DNA of 64,000 bases. Origin: Escherichia virus TH38. Numbering within the stretch: position 1 is the first letter of the stretch; each line of letters begins with the position of its first letter. Below, in pieces: positions 49,004 to 58,621 of the stretch. Made by a program: the position numbers and the translations under genes. The stretch lies in the sequence record MT446410.1; one strand, given 5' to 3'. The notes beneath the pieces are model-generated. The model was not told where the DNA came from. It saw only the letters and a list, made by a program, of their open reading frames with translations, and did not search any database.

Positions 49004-51034
49004 TTAACCTCTATTCAATGAACATTTAGGAGAATTACAATAAACTTGATTCATAGAACCAAGCGTACAACTTTCAGCATCGCGCCACGGAATCTGCTTA
49101 AAACACTCTGAGCAGTATCCGAGGGTTGACCACATGGCTTTGGTGAAGTCAGTGCTTCGGTTTCCGTCGAAGCTGACAACAGTTTTGCGGAGAGCTGTTC
49201 GTGATTCAGGAAACACACCTGCTTTCTCAGCAGGTTCCTCCTTTTTTGGCTTAGTTGAGATTGCAAAAATACTGTTGCTACGTTTCTCAACATAAGCATC
49301 AACAACATCCTCCAGAGTGATGCCTGTCTGTTTCGCTGAGGAAGGTAATACAGTCATACGACCGATCATTTCTTCAGTTACACGTAAAGCAAACTCAGGA
49401 CGACGGGCGTTTGTTGTATCTGTTGCTTTAATCCAGACATAACCATCTTTGATTGTAGCATTAGATACTTTCTTCTTTACTTCTACAGCGCAGGTTTTAC
49501 AGATATCTTCACCACGAAGACGACTAAGTTCATCATCGAACTCATTTTCTGTTTTAACTTCACCGCAGATTTCACAAACACCAATAGGAGTTTCCTCCTC
49601 CTCTTCCTCTTTAGGTTTAGTCAAACCTTCCAGACATTCAGGATGCCAATAGCACTGATATGCGAAGACTGCTTTAGGTGCATCCTTCCAATCAATGTGC
49701 TTGTCACAACCACCACAATCACCATGAGAGTGTGCTTCCCAGAATTTACGAGTGATAGTAACGCCATTCTTGTTGACGAAACTATCATTCATATCAAAAG
49801 GGATATCATCATCGAAGTCAGCAGTAGTTGACTCAGGCTCCTTTTTCTCCAGAGATGGGTCAACAAAACGACCTGCTGTGATCACTAAACGGACCATAGC
49901 ATTGACTTCGGAGATGCAGGATACTGTCCCACGGTAAACAATTTTAGGGTCTTTCAGTGCATCCTGATAAGCCTTAATGTCTACGTTATGAACATCACCT
50001 TCGATGTACTCTTGAGACTTCTCATCGTAGATATAGCCAATCATCTTACCACGAGAAGGAACAGCACCAGCAGTTGCATAAGGAACAAACTCATGCGGAG
50101 TGATTTCCACAGTCATATCGCGGCGAATATCAATGTTTCGATCGCTTGCGATTTTGTTTTGACTTACCACTGCGTTTCTTCGACGAACGTCTGCCGCTGT
50201 CACTCCCGGCTTCGTGTCGTAAGGATTGCTTGTACTGCTTTTTGAGGAACTTTGATAATTGCTTTGGCTGTAGTTGTTCGAGTAGTAATTGCCCCAACGA
50301 TTGATTACCGTAAAAACCGGAAGCTCGTGGGCGACCTCTTCAACTAGAGTCATACTGTTGTTTGACATGTCAAAGATATACTCTGTACCAACTTTACATT
50401 CAAAGTGCTCGTCAATTCGGTTTTTGTGAGACTTAGAACGCTTCAGAATCCACATCAACATATCTTCTTCAGAAGCACCAAACCAATCTCTGTTACAACG
50501 TGCGAGATGGAAAGGACGCTCTTCGTTACGGATGATATGAAGACGGTTGTCAGAAGCATCATGCCAGATTAAGGTGAAAGCACCATCCAGCTTTTGAATA
50601 GTCTCTGCTGCACCAATAGTGTTAATAGAGTGGCAGATGTTCTCACTGTCTACCTCGAAGTTTTTGCTGTCAGGTAACAGATCTTGGTCCATCAAGGTTC
50701 CGTTATGAACCAGAGTGATGTTACCATGTTGGAAAGGATGGGCGTTCTTGGCGTTAACTGCACCTTTCGTTGCATGACGGCTGTGACCAACAATCCATGA
50801 AGGCGCTACAGTGTACGCTGTTTCACCAGTGGTATGCTTCTTGTACTCATCTTGTAGGATGAATGCGAAAGAAGGAAGAGCTTCTTTATAAGTGAAGACT
50901 TCCTTAGTGCTTTTACGCTGACCAAAGATACCGGAGGAATGTTGTCCTCGGAATACTCCAGCATAAAAGAGTTGGTTGAATACGTCTAAATCAGTGCTTG
51001 ACAGATTACCGCCAGCTAATACGATGCCACAAAT
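49004..51034 (-). CDS. class-II glutamine amidotransferase (Ntn) fused to Cys-rich C-terminal domain; probable ATT start
   Basis: Frame open 113 codons upstream of listed TTG start to in-frame stop at 51038-40; translation begins (ATT)-CGIVLAGG...RGQHSSGIFG...GHSRHATKG...NAHPF...VHNGTL = GATase-II motif set with Cys directly after initiator; RBS AGGTGG 8 nt upstream of ATT. Confidence 0.6.
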   Translation of the reverse strand: MCGIVLAGGNLSSTDLDVFNQLFYAGVFRGQHSSGIFGQRKSTKEVFTYKEALPSFAFILQDEYKKHTTGETAYTVAPSWIVGHSRHATKGAVNAKNAHPFQHGNITLVHNGTLMDQDLLPDSKNFEVDSENICHSINTIGAAETIQKLDGAFTLIWHDASDNRLHIIRNEERPFHLARCNRDWFGASEEDMLMWILKRSKSHKNRIDEHFECKVGTEYIFDMSNNSMTLVEEVAHELPVFTVINRWGNYYSNNYSQSNYQSSSKSSTSNPYDTKPGVTAADVRRRNAVVSQNKIASDRNIDIRRDMTVEITPHEFVPYATAGAVPSRGKMIGYIYDEKSQEYIEGDVHNVDIKAYQDALKDPKIVYRGTVSCISEVNAMVRLVITAGRFVDPSLEKKEPESTTADFDDDIPFDMNDSFVNKNGVTITRKFWEAHSHGDCGGCDKHIDWKDAPKAVFAYQCYWHPECLEGLTKPKEEEEEETPIGVCEICGEVKTENEFDDELSRLRGEDICKTCAVEVKKKVSNATIKDGYVWIKATDTTNARRPEFALRVTEEMIGRMTVLPSSAKQTGITLEDVVDAYVEKRSNSIFAISTKPKKEEPAEKAGVFPESRTALRKTVVSFDGNRSTDFTKAMWSTLGYCSECFKQIPWRDAESCTLGSMNQVYCNSPKCSLNRG

Positions 51035-51113
51035 TTTCTAATCCACCTGAAGGGTAAACCCTTTCATCTAATTAACCTTTAAATTGTGCCCCTTTATCAG
51101 AGGCACCCATTGA

Positions 51114-52217
51114 TTACAGCGCTTGCTCTAACTGATTTTCCAGATGGTCTGGAATGTACCCTGTGATATTGCTATCACTGTGACCTGACTCACGTAGTAA
51201 GTCAAAAATAGCACGGATACGCTGTTCTGGAGCGTGTCTTACTTGAGATAGGTCTGCTGTACGAAGCATAACCAGAATCTCTTGGTACAAATTGTTAGCG
51301 TTCCCTCGGACATATCCAAGGAATCCGTAGAAGTCTGACATATGACGTAAGTCAACAAGAACATCTCCGTTGGAGTTAGTTCTACGTAAACGAATACGAC
51401 CAGACTGTTCTACTTCATGAGAACGGCAATACAAAACATCACGGGCCATACAATACCCTGAATGCAAATCAGATTCATCCAGATTGTAATCTAGAGGAAG
51501 ATAAGGAAGCATTGGGGCGAATCGTACAGTATTTAAATGCTCAACAAACTGATCGTTGCTCATATCTGCGTTATCTAAAGCCAGCTTCTTCAACATCAAG
51601 AATCGGTTAACCAGATTGAGAAGTTGACCACGTTTCCACTTAGGCTCGCTGATACGGAACTCAATCGAACCGTATTGGGCAAGTGGCAGAAGGTTCAGGG
51701 ATGTATACTTATCCCATGAACGAACCAGACGGTTGAAGAACTCTTCACCATCGTAGTTAAATGCGTCAGAGGCATTCATTACCTGTGCTTGTACCACTGC
51801 AAATGCAGGGCAGAAGTTGCTACGGTAACGATGGTAGCCTGAACACTTGAACAACATCTTTTCATAGAAGGTCCAAGCGAGAATGGTTTTCTTGAGGATA
51901 TTACTATCAGCATCCCTCATATCCATATGAACGTGAGTAGAGCAACGCCAAGTCCCCTCGGCGTGCGATTCAGCTACTGCTTCACTCAGGTTGTTGATAG
52001 CGTCTAACAACTCCTGTCCGTTGTAAGGTCGTGAACATACCATTTCACAACCGTTACGCAGGGAACCATCCTCTGTGCAATCCCACATATCTGCTTCGAT
52101 ATGTTCAGAACCTTCGAGTTCAAGTTCAATACCGACACCGCACTGAAGTGCAATTGAACTATGCGCCTCAGTTAAACGACCTTCTCGATATCCAAAAGTT
52201 TGCGCTACAGTTGTCAT
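51114..52217 (-). CDS. GS-like amidoligase (COOH-NH2 ligase family) candidate
   Basis: GVGIELELEG (GxExExE) and EDGSL motifs; 367 aa. Confidence 0.4.
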   Translation of the reverse strand: MTTVAQTFGYREGRLTEAHSSIALQCGVGIELELEGSEHIEADMWDCTEDGSLRNGCEMVCSRPYNGQELLDAINNLSEAVAESHAEGTWRCSTHVHMDMRDADSNILKKTILAWTFYEKMLFKCSGYHRYRSNFCPAFAVVQAQVMNASDAFNYDGEEFFNRLVRSWDKYTSLNLLPLAQYGSIEFRISEPKWKRGQLLNLVNRFLMLKKLALDNADMSNDQFVEHLNTVRFAPMLPYLPLDYNLDESDLHSGYCMARDVLYCRSHEVEQSGRIRLRRTNSNGDVLVDLRHMSDFYGFLGYVRGNANNLYQEILVMLRTADLSQVRHAPEQRIRAIFDLLRESGHSDSNITGYIPDHLENQLEQAL

Positions 52218-52831
52218 AACGAATCCACCAACGTAATATTATAATTGCTAAGGTTTTCAGAGATGTGATGAAAATGTTCCAGAAGTCGCATCGGTTGTTG
52301 ACCGTAAGAGTCACGAGGCGCTTCCAGATCTACCTGACCTACCAGTGCACCTTTATAATGCACTTTACCATCTGTAGGATTGATGTAAATATAACGAGTA
52401 ACCAATCCATCAAATTCAGGATTGAACAGACTGTAAACCATTTCACCAGAGATCGAACGACCAATCCCCGGAGCGTTTCGAATCTTGTTACCCATCAAAC
52501 CCTTCGCTCTCTGACGAACAGGATTGATATGAGTCCAGCTTACAGTGTTACCGTTATGGAACAGATAACCAACATCAGGTGATTCGAGAATCAAGGTTGG
52601 GTCGAACACTGGAATATTCATCGTAGTGTTTCGGAGATTCCCATGCTCGTTCTTGTACCACTGCTCTACAACAAAGTACAGAGCCTGTTCTGCTTCATGT
52701 GAGAAGTCATCGCTGCGGAAGTTACCGCTCTGCTCAACACCAATCACAAAACACGGAAGGTTGATATTACCTGCTCGTTTAGCAATCCATGTACCATTAT
52801 AGTAATGAGAAAAATCAGCTATTAAGCTCAC
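52214..52831 (-). CDS. hypothetical protein in ligase operon
   Basis: 205-aa ORF, start overlaps upstream stop. Confidence 0.4.
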   Translation of the reverse strand: MSLIADFSHYYNGTWIAKRAGNINLPCFVIGVEQSGNFRSDDFSHEAEQALYFVVEQWYKNEHGNLRNTTMNIPVFDPTLILESPDVGYLFHNGNTVSWTHINPVRQRAKGLMGNKIRNAPGIGRSISGEMVYSLFNPEFDGLVTRYIYINPTDGKVHYKGALVGQVDLEAPRDSYGQQPMRLLEHFHHISENLSNYNITLVDSL

Positions 52832-52840
52832 GATAACCTC

Positions 52841-53647
52841 TTATGCTACCTGAAGGAGTTTGATCTGCTGGTCCGCTTCTTTAACGTTGTTGCCGTTAAT
52901 GATTTCATGAAGCTTCTCAATCGGAAGGCGAGAGTGCAATGCCATCAGAGTGGACATATCACACTGCTGAACAACCTTGTCAACCTGATCGTAAACAAAC
53001 TTACGGTTTTCACGATCACTAATCCAGAAGTTAGACAGTGAACGGTATTCAATACCATAGTCTTTATAACGGATTGCAGAAGCTTTGCCGTACAGTTCTT
53101 TACGGCGAGTATCTTTATCCATAATAACTGCTGGGAGTGACAGGAAGTAGTCACACAGCACACCCAGCATCATCTGAGTTTGCAAAGTGATATCCAAAGC
53201 ACCAACTACGCCAAGATGTACGTGACCACCGGCAGTACGAAGCCCTTTATTCTGAGAAGTCGGGGATGGATTCTTCTGACCAGTGAAAGCGTTAAAATCA
53301 GGAGTGCATCCGAAGATGAACGCTGATTCATTGAAAGTCTTCATCTCTTCTTCAGTGAAGATGTGAGAGCTAACACCCGGAGCTGTTTCCATGTCCAGTT
53401 TGTTCAGGACATTGTTGGTGAGATCGATACCACGTTGCATGTTATCGTTAAACGCTTCAAAACCGCTCTGTGGGTCAATATCAAACTCAGCCAGTACATT
53501 GTCCTCTTGAAGACGAACATCCTTAGCCAGAGTGATCTTATCATCCTTAGAACAACCTAACAGACCAGCTACAGAGGTGATAATACCATTACTGGTACGA
53601 ACAAACATTTCAGGGTCAGAGCCGATAAGGAATTTGCGCTTAGTCAT
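52841..53647 (-). CDS. possible second amidoligase-like protein
   Basis: N-terminal FLIGSDPEMF resembles G-x-E-x-E strand; otherwise unassigned. Confidence 0.3.
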   Translation of the reverse strand: MTKRKFLIGSDPEMFVRTSNGIITSVAGLLGCSKDDKITLAKDVRLQEDNVLAEFDIDPQSGFEAFNDNMQRGIDLTNNVLNKLDMETAPGVSSHIFTEEEMKTFNESAFIFGCTPDFNAFTGQKNPSPTSQNKGLRTAGGHVHLGVVGALDITLQTQMMLGVLCDYFLSLPAVIMDKDTRRKELYGKASAIRYKDYGIEYRSLSNFWISDRENRKFVYDQVDKVVQQCDMSTLMALHSRLPIEKLHEIINGNNVKEADQQIKLLQVA

Positions 53648-54611
53648 TGTAATACTCCACTAGTTCAGAAAAGAGAGATGAGATTGTGTTACCAACTTCT
53701 TCAAGAGTAAGACCGGAATCTGCTCCAGTTCTTTGAATCAGTCGGGCTGTAAAGTTTTGTACTGTAATGTTTCCCAACTTGTCGTCTATTGCTTCACGTT
53801 TGTGACCATAACAGTTGGACCAGAGTCTTAACCACTCTGACATTGTTTCATACTCGTCCGGGTCTTGATCTTTAGCACGAGCAAATCTTCGTAAGGCATC
53901 TTGGTTATGGTTACGAACATAACCGTTCTCGTTGTCGCCAACACCGAAGGGGTTTTGAACCCATACTTGCTTCGTGTATTCATCAGAGTCTACAACCAAA
54001 GGAAGGAATGCTGCTGCTGACATATTGTTGTTAATAACAATAGAGGTGCTCTCACTACTCCCATTGGCTCTTCCTCGTTGAGACCATCCACCGAAGAAGT
54101 CACGACCCAACCCAGCTAACACTAGAGCGATGCCGATGCGTTTACGCTTCAGCCACTCTTCCCTGTCTTCAATTCCTTCTGCTAGGAAATCCATTCCACG
54201 ATATTGCCCTTCCAGAATACTACGAAAGAGCATAAGTCCTGTGAAGATCTGATCTGCTGGATGCTCACGAAGGTTGACAGCAACACTATTCGCTGAAGTG
54301 ATCGTAAATACGTTACGATAGCAAGACATAGAGTTCATAACGTCTGCTGTTTCAACCAACCTCTCTTCAATATCAGATGTATCATAACCGTGAAAAGAGT
54401 GAGTCCAGTAATTCAACATCTCCAGCTGCAAGTTGATATCACGGTTGAAGCGTCTCCAACGCCCATCTTCCGAGATAACTTCACCATTAATGTCATTTAC
54501 ACACTGGCCTTGCATGTAGTTGTGGATACCGAAGCACCCACGACCTAAGAACTTCTGTTCCCCTAAATCCTGTTGAAGATTAAGAGGTACGATCGTTGTG
54601 GAGATTGACAT
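53640..54611 (-). CDS. hypothetical protein in ligase operon
   Basis: 323-aa ORF. Confidence 0.4.
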   Translation of the reverse strand: MSISTTIVPLNLQQDLGEQKFLGRGCFGIHNYMQGQCVNDINGEVISEDGRWRRFNRDINLQLEMLNYWTHSFHGYDTSDIEERLVETADVMNSMSCYRNVFTITSANSVAVNLREHPADQIFTGLMLFRSILEGQYRGMDFLAEGIEDREEWLKRKRIGIALVLAGLGRDFFGGWSQRGRANGSSESTSIVINNNMSAAAFLPLVVDSDEYTKQVWVQNPFGVGDNENGYVRNHNQDALRRFARAKDQDPDEYETMSEWLRLWSNCYGHKREAIDDKLGNITVQNFTARLIQRTGADSGLTLEEVGNTISSLFSELVEYYND

Positions 54612-54621
54612 AACTAACCTT

Positions 54622-55815
54622 TTATTTTCCTAAAAATAATCCGCTCATAACACCATCCCACTCAGAGGATGGAATCACTGAATACTCCGAACTTTGGTCC
54701 AGAGTTCCGCTACTGAATCGCTGAACAATATTATAAATATTGAACATATCTTTAGTCTCAGCGCGATAAGCGTAGACTAATCTGTCAGCTGTTCTTTCAT
54801 CTTTAGATACCCGACGAGCAAAGGTAACCAGAAGGTTGTCACCTTTGAGTATTTCTGACTCATCTTTTACTAGATCAGGGTGCATAACCGGCAAGAACAT
54901 TGAGTTGTTCACTCGTAACTCTGCTGTTTCGTCGTTCTCATAATGAATCCACTTAAAATCTTCATCACGAAAGTGACCGCATCCATCTCTGTATGACTGT
55001 TGACGCCAAGGAACTTGAAATGCTTCAGCGTATTTATCAGCCATGCCGACTGTAAACAGCGACGCTGGGAAGATACAAGCATCCCAATCGTTACCAACCA
55101 GAGTTGCTTTCGTTTCCCCTAAGAGGTTAGTGTAAGTACTAACCATTCGTGAGTAAACGTAAGCCTGAAGAATTGTCCAGCCTTCAACCAACCATTTATG
55201 GAGGAAGGTTTCAACTTGACTCTCTTCATCTTCACAATAGAAGGTTCGGTCTAACATCAAATAGAACAGACAGCGATCAGCAGGGATGTTCTCAGTTGCT
55301 ACCCCCATAAAACCTTTTTCGTGCCAGCGTAAACAGGAGGGACGATCTTTGTCCACAAATGCTTCCATAGCTTCCAGTACAGCACGAGGTGTGGTTCGAT
55401 GTTCAGGGTTTTTGTCGTTCCAATGTTCGATGTTATTTTTAAGCTCGCCTTCGTAATCAATAGCACCCCAACCTAAAGCTGCGGATACAGGTTTTTCGTC
55501 ACGCCAACGTCTAAAACCTAACATCTTCATGTGAGTTCCGGAGTTCCAGATATGCTTGATTTTACACATATCCATCTCTCTGCTTAGCAGGAACTCTTCC
55601 CCATCAGCACTACGAACGTTAGCTTCTTCGTGCCACACTCGAACGTGCATATTCCATCCATGAGTTGCCTCATACATGTTAGGGTCGAAGTATTCATCTT
55701 CGTCATCATCTTCATCAACGCCACCATTATAGTTGCGAAGTTGAAGGAACCCATAACAAGGAGGGTTGACCGTTAAAACATTACCTTCAGTATCTTCTAA
55801 TGTTACTGGAAACAT
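54622..55815 (-). CDS. hypothetical protein in ligase operon
   Basis: 397-aa ORF, first large gene of operon. Confidence 0.4.
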   Translation of the reverse strand: MFPVTLEDTEGNVLTVNPPCYGFLQLRNYNGGVDEDDDEDEYFDPNMYEATHGWNMHVRVWHEEANVRSADGEEFLLSREMDMCKIKHIWNSGTHMKMLGFRRWRDEKPVSAALGWGAIDYEGELKNNIEHWNDKNPEHRTTPRAVLEAMEAFVDKDRPSCLRWHEKGFMGVATENIPADRCLFYLMLDRTFYCEDEESQVETFLHKWLVEGWTILQAYVYSRMVSTYTNLLGETKATLVGNDWDACIFPASLFTVGMADKYAEAFQVPWRQQSYRDGCGHFRDEDFKWIHYENDETAELRVNNSMFLPVMHPDLVKDESEILKGDNLLVTFARRVSKDERTADRLVYAYRAETKDMFNIYNIVQRFSSGTLDQSSEYSVIPSSEWDGVMSGLFLGK

Positions 55816-55826
55816 TATACCAACCT

Positions 55827-56189
55827 CTATTGGTTTTTAATCAACTCGATCGATTTACGGATATAGAGAATATCTCGGAAGTTTCGATAGTTGTTCATAA
55901 ATTGATGCTTCTGGAACTCAGCTTCTTCCAGAGCTTTCTTTGCTTCTGCGTAGTTTTTACGGGCAAGATGTACAACCCGCTCTGGTAACACGTTTGCACG
56001 ATGGATTAGGTACTTATGAGCTTTCATGTTACTTTGCTCACGAGCAATCTTACCTTTAGCAACCTTGATACCATTTGCAATCCAAGCAAGTTCTTGCTCA
56101 AGCTCATCGTTGGACATTCCACCGAGGTTTGATGCAACCTTGTTCAGAGTTTCAATATTAACGTTGCCCTTGATGGGACGTGTATTCAT
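55827..56189 (-). CDS. hypothetical protein
   Basis: 120-aa basic helical ORF with RBS aggag. Confidence 0.4.
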   Translation of the reverse strand: MNTRPIKGNVNIETLNKVASNLGGMSNDELEQELAWIANGIKVAKGKIAREQSNMKAHKYLIHRANVLPERVVHLARKNYAEAKKALEEAEFQKHQFMNNYRNFRDILYIRKSIELIKNQ

Positions 56190-56191
56190 AC

Positions 56192-56344
56192 TTACTCCTG
56201 TTGTTTACACTCGTCAATAACCCACTGATAAGTGGATTGCCCAGAAAAGAAACACTGAATAAATCCAGATGTTCTCTGCGTTACCAGTGCTAGTGCACAA
56301 ATCACTACCGCTGCTGCTAGCAGTTTTAAATCTAATTTAGACAT
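56192..56344 (-). CDS. small membrane/secreted protein (50 aa)
   Basis: By-eye ORF MSKLDLKLLAAAVVICALALV...; RBS gagg. Confidence 0.3.
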   Translation of the reverse strand: MSKLDLKLLAAAVVICALALVTQRTSGFIQCFFSGQSTYQWVIDECKQQE

Positions 56345-56361
56345 ATTTCCTCTCGTTGAAT

Positions 56362-56388
56362 TTAAAAAAGGACTCTCCGAAAAGAGTC
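56362..56388 (-). terminator. rho-independent terminator (- strand)
   Basis: GACTCT-TTTCGG-AGAGTC then TTTTTT on - strand. Confidence 0.7.
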
Positions 56389-56575
56389 AAGCTTTAAATA
56401 CAAAAAGATATTACCCAATATCTGTGGATAACCTGCTCTTAAAATATCTATCCGACGGATGTTCGAGGAATATTCCTCTCCCTAGCATCGGCCCCATACG
56501 GGAAATATATTAAGATTAGGTTAGTTGAGTCAGAATAACTCATATAGCCCTCCGAAGAAGGCTATAGATGTTACT

Positions 56576-56818
56576 CTATTTATTCCCACCAAATGCGAGA
56601 TAAGCATCCTTGATCTCAGTAACCTGTGAATCAGGTTTGAATGCAGATAGGTGTCCTGTGTTCAGGTTAACTGCGTTGGCAGGGATGATGCAACCCTCTA
56701 CTTTAGTGTCAGGGATTTTCATGTAGTAACTTGAAAAGTGCTCTGCTGAGAAAACTTCCCCAATAGAGATATCACTAATCTTCGCTAGAACATCCTTAGT
56801 TGGTTGCCCTATTTTCAT
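56576..56818 (-). CDS. small protein, GDVF-family paralog
   Basis: ISIGEVFSAEH motif shared with paralogs. Confidence 0.4.
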   Translation of the reverse strand: MKIGQPTKDVLAKISDISIGEVFSAEHFSSYYMKIPDTKVEGCIIPANAVNLNTGHLSAFKPDSQVTEIKDAYLAFGGNK

Positions 56819-57051
56819 TACTCACCTTTCTTAGCACGATCTTTGGCAGTTTTGCCAGTTCGGATGCGATGGGAAACGTTAACCAGAGTGCCACCTTCAA
56901 CAATGGTAACGCTCTTGTTCTTGGCAATGTCAAACACAGTTTTCTCTGTACCGCCCAGACGAATCTGTTTAGGTTCGCTGAAGGTTTGGGTTGATTTGGA
57001 TTGGAACTGGAACGGCTGGCGGATTTCATCGATTGCGCTTACTTTAGACAT
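56818..57051 (-). CDS. hypothetical small protein
   Basis: 77-aa ORF. Confidence 0.35.
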   Translation of the reverse strand: MSKVSAIDEIRQPFQFQSKSTQTFSEPKQIRLGGTEKTVFDIAKNKSVTIVEGGTLVNVSHRIRTGKTAKDRAKKGE

Positions 57052-57078
57052 AGGGGAAATTCCTTAAAAAGTTATGGC

Positions 57079-57102
57079 TGCGTAGAGGGAATTCCCTACG
57101 CA
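57079..57102 (-). terminator. palindromic hairpin / terminator
   Basis: TGCGTAGAGGGAATTCCCTACGCA perfect palindrome, T-run on - strand side. Confidence 0.5.
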
Positions 57103-57285
57103 AATTGGGACGCCCACAGAGAGGCGTCATAGTACTAAAAGAGGTACAGAAACAGGGGTTATTTAGCTACCTTTTTCTGTCCGTTTATGAACCAGATAAT
57201 TGAACCGTCAGGCTGTCGTTGACCGAAGCCTTTCTGGTTAATCATATCGTCATAAGAATATGCTTTACGTCTCATTTGTTTTCCC

Positions 57286-57531
57286 TTACATTGGAGTTAA
57301 GATGATCTCTGCTTTGGCAAACTTCTCACCGACTTCGAGAGTATCAGCAACAGGACGAGGTACACCAGTACCCAAACAAACAGCCCTTCGATACCCACCA
57401 GATGCAGTCATCATCAAATAAATGACCTGATTATCATCTTCTTTTAAAGTGAAGATATCAGCGATTGACAGGTCTTTAACAAAGAGTTTCTTTTCTTCTT
57501 TGTGACGAACCTTGATATGTATTGTGCTCAT
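57286..57531 (-). CDS. small protein, GDVF-family paralog
   Basis: LSIADIFTL motif. Confidence 0.4.
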   Translation of the reverse strand: MSTIHIKVRHKEEKKLFVKDLSIADIFTLKEDDNQVIYLMMTASGGYRRAVCLGTGVPRPVADTLEVGEKFAKAEIILTPM

Positions 57532-57533
57532 AC

Positions 57534-57821
57534 CTACTCCTGAACCACAGACATACGAATCATTTCCACCGGAGTGTCACCCTTCATAACACCCAGCACA
57601 CCAGTAAGTAGATTAACTGTAGTAATCCAACCCTCTTCTACAGAGATCTTGTTGGACACGTTATTAACACGCATATAATACTGAGGTGATGCCGTGCCCC
57701 GCTGAACTACGAAAGGGTTTCCGGGGATGATGGTATCTAGTGGATACGTGTTATCTTTAATCTTAGGGATAATTTTCATATTATTTACCCTGAATAATAA
57801 GTTTGGATTCGAATAGCTCAA
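57534..57821 (-). CDS. hypothetical protein
   Basis: 95-aa ORF. Confidence 0.35.
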   Translation of the reverse strand: MSYSNPNLLFRVNNMKIIPKIKDNTYPLDTIIPGNPFVVQRGTASPQYYMRVNNVSNKISVEEGWITTVNLLTGVLGVMKGDTPVEMIRMSVVQE

Positions 57822-58011
57822 CAGTATTGGTCAGAGGAACTGGAAAGAAAATATCTTTAGAGTTCCGAACACCCATTGCAGAGTGATCCCCTGTTTTTAT
57901 CCAGAATTTAGCGATTACGTCGTTACCAGTAAAACGGAAAACATCTCCATTCTCTAGGTCAGAGAAAGTCTTGGAGGGTGCTTTGCTTTTTGGTACTAGC
58001 TCAAAGTTCAT
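57781..58011 (-). CDS. small protein, GDVF-family paralog
   Basis: LENGDVFRF motif. Confidence 0.4.
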   Translation of the reverse strand: MNFELVPKSKAPSKTFSDLENGDVFRFTGNDVIAKFWIKTGDHSAMGVRNSKDIFFPVPLTNTVELFESKLIIQGK

Positions 58012-58019
58012 ATTGATTC

Positions 58020-58331
58020 CTATTTAAGTTTGAGGCTAATGTTAAGGTGCATACATGCCCTGTTCTGTACAGCAGCATAACTTCTACCGAGCATGTCTGC
58101 CATTCTCTGAATAGGCATGAACCCAGCATTACGGATAAGGAACTGGTCTTCTTCTTCAGACCACTTAACTCGGATTGAAGCTCTTGATATTCCGAATTTA
58201 GTGCAAGCTGTGTTAACAGCATTCTCCGTTACATTCATAATCTGAGCAACTTCTTGAACCGAGTACTCTTTGATTAGTCTCCGAAGATTTTCAATCTGCA
58301 TCGGAGTCCATATAGTTCTTCGAGCTTTCAT
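58020..58331 (-). CDS. HTH DNA-binding protein (putative transcriptional regulator)
   Basis: Two HTH-like segments (YSVQEVAQIMNVTENAV; MADMLGRSYAAVQNR). Confidence 0.45.
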   Translation of the reverse strand: MKARRTIWTPMQIENLRRLIKEYSVQEVAQIMNVTENAVNTACTKFGISRASIRVKWSEEEDQFLIRNAGFMPIQRMADMLGRSYAAVQNRACMHLNISLKLK

Positions 58332-58621
58332 ACATCCTCCAATTAAATATTTATGTAAGACTTGCTTAGATAAAGATTCAATAAAATAGGGGGAGGGGAC
58401 GAATCCTCCCTTATCCTATTAGTTAATATTGCATGTAAGATCTAACAATCGGTTGCCTTTGTAGGAATAAGCGTAAAGCCAATCCAGCACTAAACTCCCG
58501 CCCCCTTAGTGGGCTGGGTTATTAAAGGGTAACGCCCTTATGGGCTAGTTACATGAATGTTAGTTTGATAGGAGATCTGAAGTCCTATCTCAAAGGACTC
58601 TCGTAAGAATCCTTCACGATA

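Noticed and set aside
58001-58222. Listed 73-aa - strand ORF overlapping the HTH regulator gene in another frame
   Set aside because: The HTH-containing frame (58020-58331) is the more credible protein
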